A stretch of 64,000 nucleotides of DNA from Trichodelitschia bisporula (GCA_010356995.1 ML996690.1:1272217-1336216), one strand, 5' to 3'; counted from the stretch's first letter, positions 11,381 through 23,440 are shown. The notes: a model not told the origin generated them from the sequence alone. Numbers and translations are program-made.

Positions 11381-13005
11381 CGGGTGAGTCGGTCAGCGAT
11401 TTCTCAGCAAGAACCCCGAAATGAGAAACAAGTGCCCAACACCGGAACAACGCATCTCGAAGTTCCGTCATTCTTGTCTCCCCCTACACCCGAACAAACC
11501 CCATCCACTCGCACCACCGCCCCCCGGGCAACCTTCCTGAGGAAGGACAATTTTCCCCGCTCCCACCCGCGAACCCGGTTTTGCGACATCACGTCGTACG
11601 GCGTAGGGAGATCCGCCACCCTTTCTGACAGCCAGCCAGCCAGAATGTGAGCAAATGCATCCAGCCACGCCTGGCGGGAGATCGCCGCGCGTCCGGGACT
11701 TGCATGCAGGTCCGCATCACGCACTTTCTTATCGTGCCGTCTCAGCTACAACAGCAGCCTCGCATGAACTGCACTATCAATATCTCACCCTCTAGCGCAT
11801 TCGATGACGTCCCTTACACACTGCGTACTAGTGCCAGTCACTGTTGATCCGGTTGTCGAGTCGGCAGCAGTGGAGCGGATTGGTCGTCCTCGACCCGCGA
11901 TGCGTGTGCCACGTGCGACATGGCCGCCGGGCCGTGAGATGGCTTGGGGGGACGAAGTGGGCGATGACGCGGTGACAATGACCGGTTTGGCTGGACTTTG
12001 CAGCATCCCGGGTCAACTCCAGGGCTGGACGGGACCAGCAGAGGTCTGATGTCCTCCGCTGGGAGAGCGAAGCGTTTATGGTGGGCACGGTTGGTTGTCT
12101 CGGACGAGGTGGATGACTTGCTGTAGGGGGAATGGAGTTGTACTTTCTGAGCTGGAGGATGCGGGGCCTTCCTGACCGGAATGTGTGAGATTCTTGGTGT
12201 ACACTTGCGTGTTTACGGCGCGGTGTGGTACGCGTACAGTATCGGCTGTGTGACGTTGGCGGGCTGGGTGTGATTGGAGGGTGCGGTGCGGAGGGTGAGA
12301 TGCGTGTGAAGCGAGGAAGGAGGGGGCCGATTGGCCGCGGAGAAGAGGGTGCATTACATGTTGAGATCATGAACGAGACCGGTGAGAGATGAGGTGGGCT
12401 TCCAGGTTGCCATCCCTTGGTATGTGGTCGGGGCATGTGGTCGGGATGCCGATTTGTGCTAGCTGCCGAGCCGATCCCTGCACCGGCCCGAGCCGGAAGC
12501 ATCGAGTCCTCGACCGTCCATTCCCCACCTTAACACGCCACATGTCCCCACCATCACCACCTCCACACTTCCCCGCCCCAAATATATGGTCGGCATCTCT
12601 TCCCCCACAGCTCCCTCGAATCTCCCGCATGTTCATTCCACCAGATGTGCTGTGTGCCCTCCCCACGTCAACCCCGTAACCGGGGTCGCGGTCGGAGGGT
12701 GGGTATGCAACGTCTCGCCATGCTGCCGTCACTAGCATAGTTGCGCTTGGCTGGGACTTGAGGGTTGCACGCAGCACCTTGGAGCGGTCGCTGGACCCGC
12801 GATCATCTGACCGCTGCTTCTCTGACGTTATGCCCGAGTTCAGACGAGAACCACCCATCAGACGAGCCCTCTTTCTCCCCGCACACCCAGCCCAGACACT
12901 CTTGCATCTTGCAGCGCAACACCACGATGCCTACCAGCTCGGGCGTACTTTTCCCGCCCGCATACGCCCCTTCCCTTGCTCCCTGGCCCTTCCGGCCCCT
13001 TCACC

Positions 13006-14272
13006 ATGCACACCGTGGAGGCAACACTCACGATCGACGAACCGGAGTATCCAACCTTCACCCGTGGTGAGCACACCCTGACCGAGGTCATCACCGAGGT
13101 CATCACCACAACCCCGCAACCCTCCTTCCGGCCACCATACGCAGCACTGGCACCTTCACCCGTCGGGTGGTCTGCATTAGGACCTTCAATCGCTTTTTCG
13201 ACAGCGGCGCTCCTGGCCGTAGTCGTGCGGTGGTACACAAAGGTGCGGCTCACGCCGGGCGGGGTGCGGGTGGAGGAGTATCTCGTCTCGGGAGCGATGA
13301 TACTGAGCTTGGTTGTGACTGCTGTGGTAGGGCTTGGTACGTGCTGAGGGTGCGACACGGGGTCGAGGCTAAGATAGACAGAGTTCCACAACACGGGTGT
13401 CATTCACAATGCGGCTGATTTTGACGCGACGGAACACCGCGTGCGGCCGCAGATTGGGAAGGTACGTTCCGGGTGACTTAGCTGCGGCGGGAATTGACAG
13501 TCCAGCTCGTGCTCGTCAGCAACATCTTTTACTGCGCCGCGACCAGTCTGTCCAAAGCCGCGATCGTCATCCAATACGTCGGGATATTTCACGATGACAT
13601 TTATATCAACCTCCGGCGGTGGTGCTGGCTAGTCGTCGCGCTGATTACCTGCTCGGCGGCCTGGGGCATCTTCGGAGGCCTATTTATATGTCACCCGGTT
13701 CACAAGTTCTGGGAGCCGCGCACCAATGGTGTCTGCAGTAGCAGCATGGTGTACTGGGTCAGTTTTGGGGTGATTAACACCCTGCTGGACTATGTGGTCT
13801 GGATCACGCCCATGCCCGTTATGCGCAAGCTGCGTCTCGGACGCCGCTTGACGGGCTGGGTGTACTTCCTGGGCCTGCTGGGCGGGTTGTAAGTCGCATG
13901 TCTTCTTTACTTCTAGCACGAAGATTGATTGCCTTACAGCATTTGCGCGGTCAGTACGCTGCGCGTGGTCCTTGTGACTGTGCAAGAAAACGCGGATGAA
14001 TTTACGGGTAAGTTCCCTCTCCGCATGTGCCGGCCCAGTGGTCAATATCGCTAGCTTCCGGCGTCTCGTCCGCGACGTGGTCGTCCGTCGAGGCTGACAC
14101 GGGGATCTTGTGTGGGTCGCTGCTGTGCATCAAGCCGCTCCTGAACAAACTGTGCCCGCGGCTGCTGCGCGATCGGGACCCGCCGAAGGATGTCTTTCAC
14201 CTGAGTCGCATTACACCATCCGGGTGGCGGAGACATGATAGTGAGGAGGTGGATTTGGTGCTTGACAGCTAA
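13006..14272 (+). CDS. PTH11-like integral membrane protein (fungal rhodopsin domain, no CFEM), multi-exon
   Basis: AVVVRWYTK..., LSKAAIVIQY, ICHPVHKFW, INTLLDYVVWITPMPVMRKL, WSSVEADTGILCGSLLCIKPLL. Canonical GTACGT/GTAAGT introns link the ORF fragments. Confidence 0.8.
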
Positions 14273-14622
14273 TTCATTCTTGCGATTGATTTACGAGACG
14301 GGACGGGAAATATTGAAGCGATGAAATGCACCGCTGGAGTGTTGTGATGACCAAGTAGAATGGGGACCGTCCCGAGTATTTACGAAAAAATCTCCTACGG
14401 GATAGTCAGCACACCTCTTCTAAATCAAACTTTTACTTATCAATTTTCTTCATCTCTCTTCCCCTCCCATCTCCCGAAATATCAACCACTTCTCAGCCCA
14501 CCTTCCCAATCCGGACCCCCAAGCCAACGTCGCGCACGTGACACCTTGGCACCGGCCGAACCCCAGCTCCATCATCGCGCAAAACTCCAACCTCACCTCC
14601 GCGGCATCACGAAACAGCAACC

Positions 14623-15465
14623 ATGCCGCCCAGCAGCCTGCGCCCGCCTTTGCGCGCGATATTCACAGCTCTTTTACCACGCTCCTCACCCACAACCCTC
14701 GCCTTCCGCCTTGCAGCGCTCAATTCCCCGCACACGCCCTCGCACATCCTCTCCGCTCAACCTCCGGTTCTCACCAGTATACGGCACGCAACCCACGCCG
14801 CAGCCGGGCGCGCCAACGGCGGGAAGAACGGTCCTGGGCCACGGTTGGGCGCGAAGAAAGGGCACGGTACGTCATTCTCCCCTTCCCAACCCTCCCCACC
14901 TCCGCCAGGAGGTCCCTCTTCCCCAAAGCTAACCCCATGCCTAGACCAGTACGTCGTCCCAGGAAACATAATTTTCCGGCAACGCGGCACCCACTGGTTC
15001 GCCGGCGAAAACTGCGCCCTGGGGCGCGACCACACCGTCTACGCCACACAACCGGGCTACGTGCGGTACTACCGGGATCCCGGCCTGCACCCGGAGCGGA
15101 AGTACATCGGCGTCGCGTTGCGGCGCGAACAAACACTCCCTACACCAGCGGGCGCGGTGAGACGGCGGCGGTTGGGGATGGAAGCTGTGGTGCGGGAGCC
15201 CGAGGTCACGAAGATACAGGTTGAGAAGCCGCTTGAGGCGGGGGGCATGGTGATGAGGCCGAATTTGCAGTTCCGGCTTGGGAATTGGCAGATTGGGCGG
15301 GTGGCGGATGGTGTTAGGGTACGGGGTTTCCAGAAGGGGGATCGGTTTTTGGCGTGGAGGAGGAGGGAGGCGAGGAAGGCGAGGAGTGCGGAGAAGAGGA
15401 GTCATAAGGCGAAGGGGAAGGGGAAGGCTAAGGCTAAGGGGAAGCCGAGGAAGGTGGCTGCTTAG
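14623..15465 (+). CDS. MRP7: Mitochondrial ribosomal protein bL27m, with a 78-nt intron (14867-14944)
   Basis: Presequence-like N-terminus, then RHATHAAAGRANGGKNGPGPRLGAKK, VVPGNIIFRQRGT and GRDHTVYATQPGYVRYY. Confidence 0.92.
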   Translation: MPPSSLRPPLRAIFTALLPRSSPTTLAFRLAALNSPHTPSHILSAQPPVLTSIRHATHAAAGRANGGKNGPGPRLGAKKGHGTSFSPSQPSPPPPGGPSSPKLTPCLDQYVVPGNIIFRQRGTHWFAGENCALGRDHTVYATQPGYVRYYRDPGLHPERKYIGVALRREQTLPTPAGAVRRRRLGMEAVVREPEVTKIQVEKPLEAGGMVMRPNLQFRLGNWQIGRVADGVRVRGFQKGDRFLAWRRREARKARSAEKRSHKAKGKGKAKAKGKPRKVAA

Positions 15466-15539
15466 GTTTGTGGTGTGTCCAATACGGTTGTGTATGGTTT
15501 ATAAACGGCTTCTCAGGCCTGGTTGAGTGTGATTCCGCT

Positions 15540-16410
15540 TCATCGTCCTAGCTCTACCGCCCCCTTCGGTATGCCGCGCACGCTCCGTAGCCGCTGTGCG
15601 AAGAAGCGCATTACGGGGAGCATTTCCTCGCGGTTGCGCGCCATGCCGTCTCCCTCTCGCGGCCACTCCACGACCTCGACGTGAGTGAATGCTTCCCGGG
15701 TGCGCGCCACTGCCTCCAGCGAAACCGCTGAGCCCCGCGCGCCCTTGAGGAGCAGCACCGGCGTTGGAGATTTGCCTGCCGTGGCTGGAGTGGGAGGCGT
15801 TTTCGTAGAAGCCGTCGTATGGGTAGCTGCGAAGGTTGCTCCAGCAGTCGGAGGCGACGGAAGCCCTCCCCCGAAACTCACCACCCCCCTTAGCTCGCGC
15901 GCATACCTTGCCACCTCCAACGCAACCATACCACCCTGCCCCAGCCCCATAATGAGCACGTCCCGCTCCTCATAACCACATTTCTCGACGAGCGCGGATA
16001 TAACCTCCTCGACATACCCAACCGCTAACTCGAACCCGGCGTCTGGGTCTATGGTCCCGTCCGCGCTGAATGTGAGGTCGTCGCCCCAGTGGTAGCCTGG
16101 GAGGAGGGGCATATGGGTCGGGGCGCGCAGGTTTATGGTTGTTGTTTCGGGGAGGGAGAGGAGCTGGGCGAGGGGGTGGAGGGCGAGGTGGGAGTCGCCT
16201 ATGCCGTGGAGGAGGAGGAGGGGGTGGGTTGGGGGGTGGGAGGGGGGGGCTGGGGGGTTAGAGTCGGGGTGCGGGAGGGGGAGGGGGTGGGGGTGACGAT
16301 GCTGGGCGGGGTGTGGCTGTGGTGGGGTTGGAGAGAGGGTACTTACGTACGGTGATGGTGCATGTGACTTTGGGGGGCATGTCGGCGGCGGTGGGCTGGC
16401 GGGGTGGCAT
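15540..16410 (-). CDS. Phospholipase/carboxylesterase-family alpha/beta hydrolase, probably non-catalytic, 2 exons
   Basis: MPPRQPTAADMPPKVTCTITV joins via a GTAAGT...CTAAC...CAG intron to PPPSHPPTHPLLLLHGIGDS. It has GYHWGDDL and a nucleophile elbow reading MGLGQGG. Confidence 0.82.
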
Positions 16411-17205
16411 GGCGAGTGGTACCGTAGAGTGCACTTGCCCTCAGGTTCAATCCTTAATCCGGTAGCGACCAATATCAGCGACGGCAAAAGCTGGCGTCTC
16501 ACAGAAGCCGGGCTTTCTCGGGAGGTATCGATCGGCTTTGGCGTAATCTTAATCAGATCGGAAGTGTCGCTGACGTTGACGCGCAGTCGCCGGCGATCGA
16601 TGCCCAGCGCGATGCCGAGCAAGTGCCGCGCCCGAGGTTGGGCCCGGTGGGGGGAGGGAGGGAGGGGATTGGGCAGGGCCCTGGTTAAGCTTGGCTAAGC
16701 GTTGTGGCGGGCTGGGCGGGGCTTGGTGGGGATATGGCGGGGGAGGGCGAGGCGGAGGGGGGAAGGGGAGACAAACGGGGGCAGGCCCACGGCAGGCCAC
16801 CGTTTGGGGGAGGTAGGCGATGGTGCCATTGAGGGCTTGCTATCTGGATGGTCTGATGCCCGTCTGACCAAGTTGATGCACGTCGCTGCTGTTGGAGTGG
16901 AGGGGTGCTGGTGCCTGTAGCAGGGCAGGTGAGTAGCGATGGACGGTGGGATTCGCTGTGGTGAGGTGATGGCTTGCTGTGAGCGATTAATGAGGGGAGG
17001 GGCGTCCCGGGAGCATGCATAGGCTGAAAAGGGGACAGGAGCGATAGGAGGGGTAAGGTCATGGAGCGGGGTATATAAGGCGGGGTCGTGGGCAAGAAGG
17101 GTCGAGCTTCAACTTGCTTCCATTGAATCCTCAACCTGCATTCCTGAATCAATTGACCTTCTTCACCTACTCCCACTTACCACTACTTCATAACAATCAG
17201 CCAAA

Positions 17206-17790
17206 ATGCCGTTCGGTTGGGGTAGGCTGGTGATTCGCGTGTCGAGGCTGAATGGACGCTGACCTGCCAGGTGAATCTCAGGACGCCTATCAGCAGTGCA
17301 ACTCCGATAACCAGCCGGAGTATGGCAGCGAGGAGCACAAATCCAAGTTTAGCCACGAGCTGCTGGCTGGTGGTGCTGCCTTTGGCGCCTTCAAGATGTT
17401 TGAGGATGCGCAGCGCAAGGAAGGTTCGTGTCCCTGTCTCTGTTATCACGTCGCAGCCCACCTCACCCACGTCACTCCCCTTATCCATCTTACCCACCTT
17501 ACCCATCTTACCCACCACCCTCCCACCTCATCCCCACAATCTCACATTCCCAAGGCAAGCCCGTCTCCCACCAATTCGCCAAGGAAGCTCTCGCCGGCCT
17601 CGCCGCCGCCGAGGTCGACAAGATAGCCGAAACCAAGGGCGCCGACTGGGTCGACCGCGAGCGCGCAAAGCACGAGGCGAAGAAGAGCTCGGAGCGCATG
17701 TACGACGAGCACTATGGCGATGATGACCAGTACGATCCGCGTAAAGCGCCACCGAGGCAGCTGCAGCAGGAGTTTGGGAATCAGTGGTAG
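17206..17790 (+). CDS. CipC-like protein (DUF3759), 3 exons
   Basis: MPFGWGESQDAYQQ...HKSKFSHELLAGGAAFGAFKMFEDAQRKEGKPVSHQFAKEALAGLAAAEVDKIAETKG. A TATA element (TATATAA) lies at ~17072. Confidence 0.9.
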
Positions 17791-18346
17791 ATTCGGGGGT
17801 CTGAGTTTCTGCCCGCGTTGATAGGGACTTGTAGCCCAATGTGGCAACTTAACCTTATGCCAATGGAAAATTGATGCGCGTCTTGTCCATGCAACTGCTT
17901 GTGATCCTCGTGCGGGGAAGAGCCAGTCGGGGGCGGACGTGAGCAACGTGCCCCGCCTTTTTGTTGAGTTGCGCATTGGAAGGGGCTTTTTCTTCGTAGG
18001 GTTGTACAAAGAGAGAGGAGATCTGATACCAAGTTACTAGAACTCGACTATCATCTCGTTCATTCAGTATCGCTGTTCCAAATATTCAAACGTGAACGCG
18101 TAAATATCTTCTCTCGTCGCGACAATTGCTCTTCATTCCTTCCTCTCATCTCGCATCTCGCCGCTTCTTCTGACGTCAGTGCTCACCTCCGCACCCCTGC
18201 GCAGCGCGTCTCCAACCACCAAAGCCCAAGCGACTTCGCTCGACGCCTCCCATCTGCACCGCGAAAACTTTGACATATACCCTCCCGGCTTCCCGCCGCA
18301 CGCTCACTTCTAATACCATGTATCGCATACCGACGCTCTCTCCATC

Positions 18347-21322
18347 ATGAAGTTCGCAAAGTGCGTCCTCCTTTGCTCCCTCCCTAACCATCCCACTAAC
18401 ACACGCCCCGCAGGCAGCTGGAGACGGACCTCGTCCCTGAGTGGCGAGCTAAATATCTCGACTACAAGGCAGGCAAAAAGAAGCTCAAAGCCGTATCCCG
18501 CGCCTTTCGCAACGCGCACCAGACCCCGCGCTCCGTTCCCCGCTGGCGGCCCTTCCTCACTCCTCAGCAACCCGAATCGCAACAACCACAACCCGCGCAG
18601 TTCGGGCCTACACCCCAAGCAACGCCGGCCTCCCGTGCACGACCCACTCCCCGACAACCCGCCCGCCAGCCTACTCTTCCGCGGCGTGAATCCACACCTC
18701 TCATAGGCGATGAGCCCTCAGAGCTCCCGCACCTCACCCGCTATGGCAGCATCGTGGGTACGCCGCCAAGCGGCTACACACCGACGGCTTCCGCCCGTGG
18801 TCGCGGCGTGCCGTCGCTCGAGCTGCCCGACCCGGCGCTCAACGTCAGCCGGCAGAACACGGCCGAGAGCAAGGACATGGCCGCACGGCCATTCCCCAGC
18901 AAAGGGTCAAACGGGACCAGCCTGCCGCGGCGACGCAGCACGATGGGCCTTTTGCGCGGAGGCTCGGACAGCGGGGCCGGTGGAGGCATAAAACGGTTCT
19001 TCGGAAGGGGAGCTGCGACCTCCAGCGGCGACGAGTTCCCTCTCGAAGCCTTCCGCGACCTCGACGTGCGACATGCCGAGTTCTTCAATTTCTTGGATAT
19101 GGAGCTCGCCAAGGTCGAGGCCTTCTACCAGCAGAAAGAAGATGAGGCTACGCAGCGCCTGCGTGTGCTGCGCGACCAGTTGCATGTGATGCGTGACCGG
19201 CGCCTTGAGGATCTTTCCAGGTCGCGCGATGAGCAGGTGCCCCGCAAGGATCCCCAGCAAGGACCTCAATCGTGGCTGAACGCTCTCGACTCTGCGCTCG
19301 AGGCGGCGCGCCACGGGCGCTTTGGGCCGAGATCGCGCGCCATGGAGGCGATGACGACACCTGCCGGGCCACAAGGCATCGATAGCACGCGTGACTATGC
19401 GCGACGACCACATGGCGACGAAGTGTCGTACCGTACGGCGAAGCGCAAGCTCAAGGAGGCGATGCAGGAGTACTATCGCGGCTTGGAGCTGCTCAAGTCG
19501 TATGCGCTGTTGAACCGAACCGCTTTTCGCAAAATCAACAAAAAGTATGATAAGACGGTAAATGCGAGGCCGCCGCTGCGGTATATGGCTGAAAAGGTAT
19601 CAGCGGCGTATTTTGTGCGCAGTGATGTGCTTGATAGGCATATTCAGGTGGTTGAGGACCTCTATGCGAGGTATTTCGAGGGTGGTAGTCACAAGCTTGC
19701 CGCGAGTAAGCTTCGAGCAAAGGCGCACCGGCCGGGTGAGTATTCGGCTGCCTCGTTCCATAACGGGCTGCTGTTCTCGGCGGGCTGTGTATTTGGTATC
19801 GAGGGGTTGGTGTACGCCGTGCAACTGCTGAACCACGATGACAAGGTCCTTGCACTGAACACGAGCTACCTGCTGCAGCTCTATGGCGGATACTTTTTGC
19901 TGCTGTCGCTCTTTTTACTCTTCTGCCTTAATTGTCGGTATTGGGCGAAGACCAAGATCAATTATGTATTCATCTTCGAGTTCGACACGCGCCACCACCT
20001 GGACTGGCGGCAAATGTGCGAGGTACGTGTCTCGTTTTCTCGGATGGGACCTTGTTGACGATCTAGCTCCCATGTCTCTTCACCTTTATGCTCGGCTTTT
20101 TTCTATGGCTCAACTTTTCACGTTATGCCGATCATGATATGTACTTGTACTTTCCCGTCATACTCATCGCTGCGACCTTCGCTGTCCTCTTCTTCCCATT
20201 CCGCACCCTCTACTGGCGCAGCCGCACCTGGCTCCTCTACTCCCTTTGGCGGCTCTTCTGGTCCGGGCTGTACCCTGTCGAGTTCCGCGACTTCTTTCTC
20301 GGGGACATGTTCTGCTCCCAAACCTACGCGCTGGGCAACATCGAGCTCTTCTTCTGCTTATACGCGACGGGATGGAGCGAGCCACCCCAGTGCAACAGCT
20401 CGCATTCGCGCCTACTCGGCTTCTTCACCGCACTGCCCGGCGTCTGGCGCGCACTACAGTGCGTGCGTCGTTACCGGGACACGCGTAACGCGTTCCCGCA
20501 CCTGGCCAACTGCGTCAAGTACATGTGCACGATGCTGTACTACGTCAGCCTGAGCTTGTACCGGATTGACAAGAGCGTTGGTCTGCGTGCATTCTTTATC
20601 TTCTGCGCCGCCATTAACGCTATTTACTCCTGTAAGTCTGCCTTCATTTTTTTGGGCCGTTCCTAACGGGCCCAGCCATCTGGGACTTGGCCATGGACTG
20701 GTCACTCCTCGACCCCACCGCATCGCCGAAATATCTCCGTTCGCACCGCGGTTTCAAGCACGCGTGGATCTACTACGGCGCCATGGTCGTCGACCCCATC
20801 CTGCGCTTCAATTGGATTGCGTACGCCGCTTACGCCGCTGACGTCCAACACTCAACACTCGTGTCCTTCATAGTCGCCCTGACTGAGATCCTGCGCAGAT
20901 CAGGCTGGACCCTCCTCCGTGTTGAAAACGAGCACTGCACGAATGTAGGCCGCTTCAGGGCTAGCCGCGACGTCCCGCTCCCGTACCAGATCGGGGACGA
21001 GGAAGCGCTGTCCGCGACGGAGACGGCGGCGGGCATGGACTCGTCGGGTGACCCGACCCCTGGCGTGGAGGGACATGCGGGGATGAGCCACACTCCGCAG
21101 TGGCTGGCGCGGGTGCCGCAGCCGAGTCCGCTGATGAAGGGCCTGGGTCGCGTGGGGAGCTTGATGCATATTGCTCACGCGCAGGACTTTGAGAGGAAGA
21201 GGAGGACTGAGGCCGGGGCGGAGGTTATGGGGTCGGCGGAGGAAAGTACGGATGAGGATGAGGAGAGTGATGGGGTTGATGGGGGGAGTGGGGGGGAGGG
21301 GAGGGCGGGGTCAGACAGGTAG
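18347..21322 (+). CDS. SYG1: SPX-EXS domain protein (Syg1/XPR1 phosphate exporter family), 4 exons
   Basis: MKFAK|QLETDLVPEWRAKYLDY, FFNFLDMELAKVEAFY and LLNRTAFRKINKKYDK (SPX). VEFRDFFLGD, WDLAMDWSL and RVENEHCTNVGRFRASRDVPLPY (EXS). Confidence 0.93.
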
Positions 21323-21792
21323 ATGGTGTTTTTGGGGGTGATGCCACATGGTGTTTTAGGTCGGGGCGGCGTTGCACTATTGATTTTGGCGGGTGTGGTT
21401 GGCGCTTTGGGAAGTATAGCCAATACATTAGGAGGAAGATATGATCAGAAGTTTACCAGGCACCAGCATCTGCATCTTGCTATCCGCCTTTCCCACCAAC
21501 TGCGGATTCCTCACATTCTCGTCTCTCAGTGCCACCCGTCGTCCGATCTCGGGCAACCTGAGGCTCTGCCCGTCCAATGTTTGGCAGGCACGTCCGCAGG
21601 TACCGGTGACGTAGGTATGCCGGCAATGGCGAGTGCAATGGCGACTGCACTGCTTTTCCGGCTCGCGACTTCCCTTCTCAGCTTTCGCGACTTCCCCTCT
21701 CAGCCTTTACAACCTTCCCCCCTCGACATTATGACTAAACCCTTGTCCCACCGTCACTTTAAAAGCTCAGTTCCGCCCTTTCCTCGCAACAT

Positions 21793-22360
21793 TTCTCAAC
21801 ATCATCTCCAACATCATCTCTCAACATCATCTCTCGGCATCACTTCACAACAACCTCCTCAGCACCATCTCTCAACATCACCACCTCTACAACATTGCAC
21901 CTTTCAAGATCACCTCTCAACATCATCCCCTCAACATCACTTCACCATTCAACCTCACCTCTCAACATCATCTTCCGCCATTGAGCAGCGCGCCTGTGTG
22001 CTCCGTCTGGGGACACTTCCTGCTCGAATGCGGTGTGCTGCTCGCACGCTACGCAGTCGACATCCCCAAAGCCGTCAAAATGGTTGCTATACCGCTTCCG
22101 TTACTCGTCGACGCTTTGGAGCACACGGAAGCCGCTCTGAAAGATCGCTCGCCGGGCGAGAGCGATGAGCCGGGGCCTGCGCGGCTCGGCGAGCGATGGC
22201 GATAGCTCGTCGACGCGTACCGCCAGCCAGTTACTATGCCTTTCAACCTCACCTCTCAACATCATTTTTCGCCGCTGAGCGGAACGCCTGCACTGTTGCT
22301 ACGACCGGATACCCTACAGCATCATGTATCTTCTCTTTCCATCTTGCCTCAACATCATTT
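21793..22360. repeat. Dispersed (T)CAACATCA(T/C) minisatellite, about 9 copies
   Basis: CTCAACATCA recurs through 21793-21971 and again at ~22253 and ~22347. TTCAACCTCACCTCTCAACATCAT occurs twice (~21948, ~22242). Confidence 0.8.
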
Positions 22361-22448
22361 ATTCCCCCCGCACGGTGCCGACGGGCATTTGGCGGATACA
22401 TACGGAGACAACGGTGACTCCAAAAAGCGCAAGGCCTCGGAAGTGGTA

Positions 22449-22625
22449 CATGAAGTAGGCCAATGCAAACTTCAGAAGGCGAAGATCACGCAAAAGGTCT
22501 TTGACCGGGAGCGTGCCAAAGCGGTGGCGGCAGATGACTTTTTCATGCTGTACACGTCCGCCTCCGCCGCTGATGGAGTGCTGCCAGACCGATCGGGCAT
22601 CGTAGACGCTTCAAACTGGGACTCA
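22449..22625 (+). pseudogene. Fragment resembling the C-terminus of Crinkler (CRN)-like proteins
   Basis: HEVGQCKLQKAKITQKVFDRERAKAVAADDFFMLYTS...LPDRSGIVDASNWDS matches my recollection of the EVxQxK...ERxKA..xDFFxLxT...LPxxSGIVDxxNW pattern. It is truncated before the usual YFGPF. Confidence 0.55.
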
Positions 22626-23290
22626 GCGGTCTCTATGACCTCCACCATGTCAATCTAGTTCACGAAGCCTTAAAAAGCCAGGCTTTGGGCTTTGGGGAAA
22701 TCGATGTCGCCCCACACGACAGGCCCCCGGCAACTCTGTGTTTCCGATCCTCATGCAGACGGGGCCACACTGGAGACACGCTCTTGTGTGGATGTGGGAG
22801 TGAGGGCTGCTCTGGCTTCAAACCCTTGCATCTTCGAAACCTCTGCCTCCACCCACACACACCATATGCCGGACGTCTCCAATCCCCCCACGGATTCTGC
22901 GGACTGCTTCTCACAACACACCTACCCCCGACCACGCCACTCCGACTACGGACGTCTCCATCCTCTCCGCGAATTCTCGGGCCGCTGCCTCCAATATTCC
23001 CCACCCATTGCCCGGGGTAGTGCCAGACCTCTACCTATAGCTCCAGTTGCGAGAGTGTCTGACTCTCTTCTTCCTTCGCCCATCTCCAAGCTTTCACTTT
23101 TCACCGATTCTGCACGCGAAGACCACTGCTCTCTTTCAAGCGTTTCGTACATCAGGCTTTGCCCCTGGTTAAGCCAGCCAACGATGGCGGCCAATTCGCT
23201 CCTGAAAAGGCTCGAAGACCCAGATTTTGTTGTGTACACTTCCAAGTGCGGAAATGGGGCTGCCGGTCTCGAGGAACCAGCGGAGCCTCT

Positions 23291-23440
23291 TTGAAGTACC
23301 TCTCGCATTGGGAATTCAATGATTATGACAATCTCTTGAAGATTGAAAATTGAAAATGCACCGGACAAACTCTCTGGCAATACCACATGGCAGAGCTTTG
23401 AAGAATTTGTCTGCAAATTTCGAGTTCTGGGGGCATATGG
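23291..23440 (+). pseudogene. Second CRN-like fragment (central region), frameshifted by a 7-bp duplication
   Basis: Removing one TGAAAAT copy (23344-23350/23351-23357) gives LKYLSHWEFNDYDNLLKIENAPDKLSGNTTWQSFEEFVCKFRVLGAY, with the pattern WxFxDY...WQxFExFVxxFR. Confidence 0.5.
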
